Positions 63,466 through 64,000 of a stretch of DNA of 64,000 bases are shown here, one piece after another. Source of the DNA: Malacoraja senta. Taxonomy: Eukaryota. The notes beneath the pieces are model-generated. The model ran no database searches. It saw only the letters and a program-made list of their open reading frames with translations, and was not told the DNA's origin. Made by a program: the position numbers and the translations under genes. The stretch is from contig CM075994.1 of the NCBI GenBank assembly GCA_038087875.1, positions 6,760,001 to 6,824,000 of the forward strand. The letters are read 5' to 3'. The number at the start of each line of letters is the position of its first letter. The first letter of the stretch is position 1.

Positions 63466-63720
63466 ATTGTGTAGGAAGGAACTGCAGATGCTGGTTTAAA
63501 TCGAAGATAGACACAAAATGCTGGAGTAACTCAGCGGGTCAGGCAGCATCTCTGGAGAGAATGAATGGGTGACATTTCGTGTTGAGACTGAAGAAGGGGT
63601 CTCGACCCAAAAACATCACCCATTCCTTGTCTACGATGATGCTGCCTGACCCACTGAGTTACTCCAGCATTTTGTGTCTATCTTCGATTTAAACCAGCAT
63701 CTGCAGTTCCTTTCTACACA
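63466..63720. repeat. ~250-bp fold-back made of two inverted Penelope-type terminal repeats
   Basis: TGTGTAGGAAGGAACTGCAGATGCTGGTTTAAATCGAAGATAGACACAAAATGCTGGAGTAACTCAG ... CTGAGTTACTCCAGCATTTTGTGTCTATCTTCGATTTAAACCAGCATCTGCAGTTCCTTTCTACACA. Confidence 0.9.
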
Positions 63721-64000
63721 TGCAGTTTCAGCTTTGGATTTTCCTACTACTGTCATTTTTCTGCTCTTGTACCAACGGGTTTTTTTTTCAGAAGCTCTTT
63801 GTTACCTACCTCACTGAACATGTTTTTGGTCAAGCCTTGATGCTTAGATTAGTTTAGGTTTGTTTGGTTTAGTGATACAGTGTGGAAACGGGCCCTTCGG
63901 CCCTCGGAGTCCGTGCCGACCAGCGATCACCCCCTACATTATTTCTATCCTACACACTGGGGACAACTTACAGAAGTCAATTTACCTACAAGCCTGCATG

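Noticed and set aside
63365..63800. Candidate terminal exons for the 5-TM gene (acceptors ending at 63364 and 63791)
   Set aside because: They would give an immediate or near-immediate stop (YS* or *); I cannot tell them from chance AGs, and the cytoplasmic tail may lie beyond the window.

Overview
Eukaryotic, repeat-dense vertebrate DNA, most likely from a cartilaginous fish (skate/ray-like; inferred from HE1/V-SINE-type tRNA SINEs sharing a 3' tail with CR1/HER1-type LINEs). Most of the window is transposon-derived: CR1 LINEs, V-SINEs, Penelope-like elements whose termini carry minimal hammerhead-ribozyme motifs, Rex1/Babar, L2 and Crack-like fragments, a Tc1 element with nested insertions, a non-autonomous Helitron, and a near-complete Hero-clade RLE retrotransposon sitting inside a (CA/TA)n microsatellite. 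Two spliced host genes, which the ORF track shows only in pieces, can be assembled by hand on the + strand. (1) 39460 to at least 62955: eight phase-1 exons encoding a signal peptide, a disulfide-less V-type Ig domain (CD2/CEACAM/HEPACAM-like), a second Ig domain and five transmembrane helices, one per exon. This is a two-Ig, CD47-like 5-TM receptor architecture and the most interesting item in the window; its 3' end is unresolved. (2) About 13521-18549: an N-terminally truncated TRIM-derived coiled-coil gene with its own TATA box and the characteristic 23-nt TRIM micro-exon. A 200-N assembly gap lies at 3295-3494. All family assignments come from motif recognition by eye; no database searches were run, and repeat boundaries are approximate.
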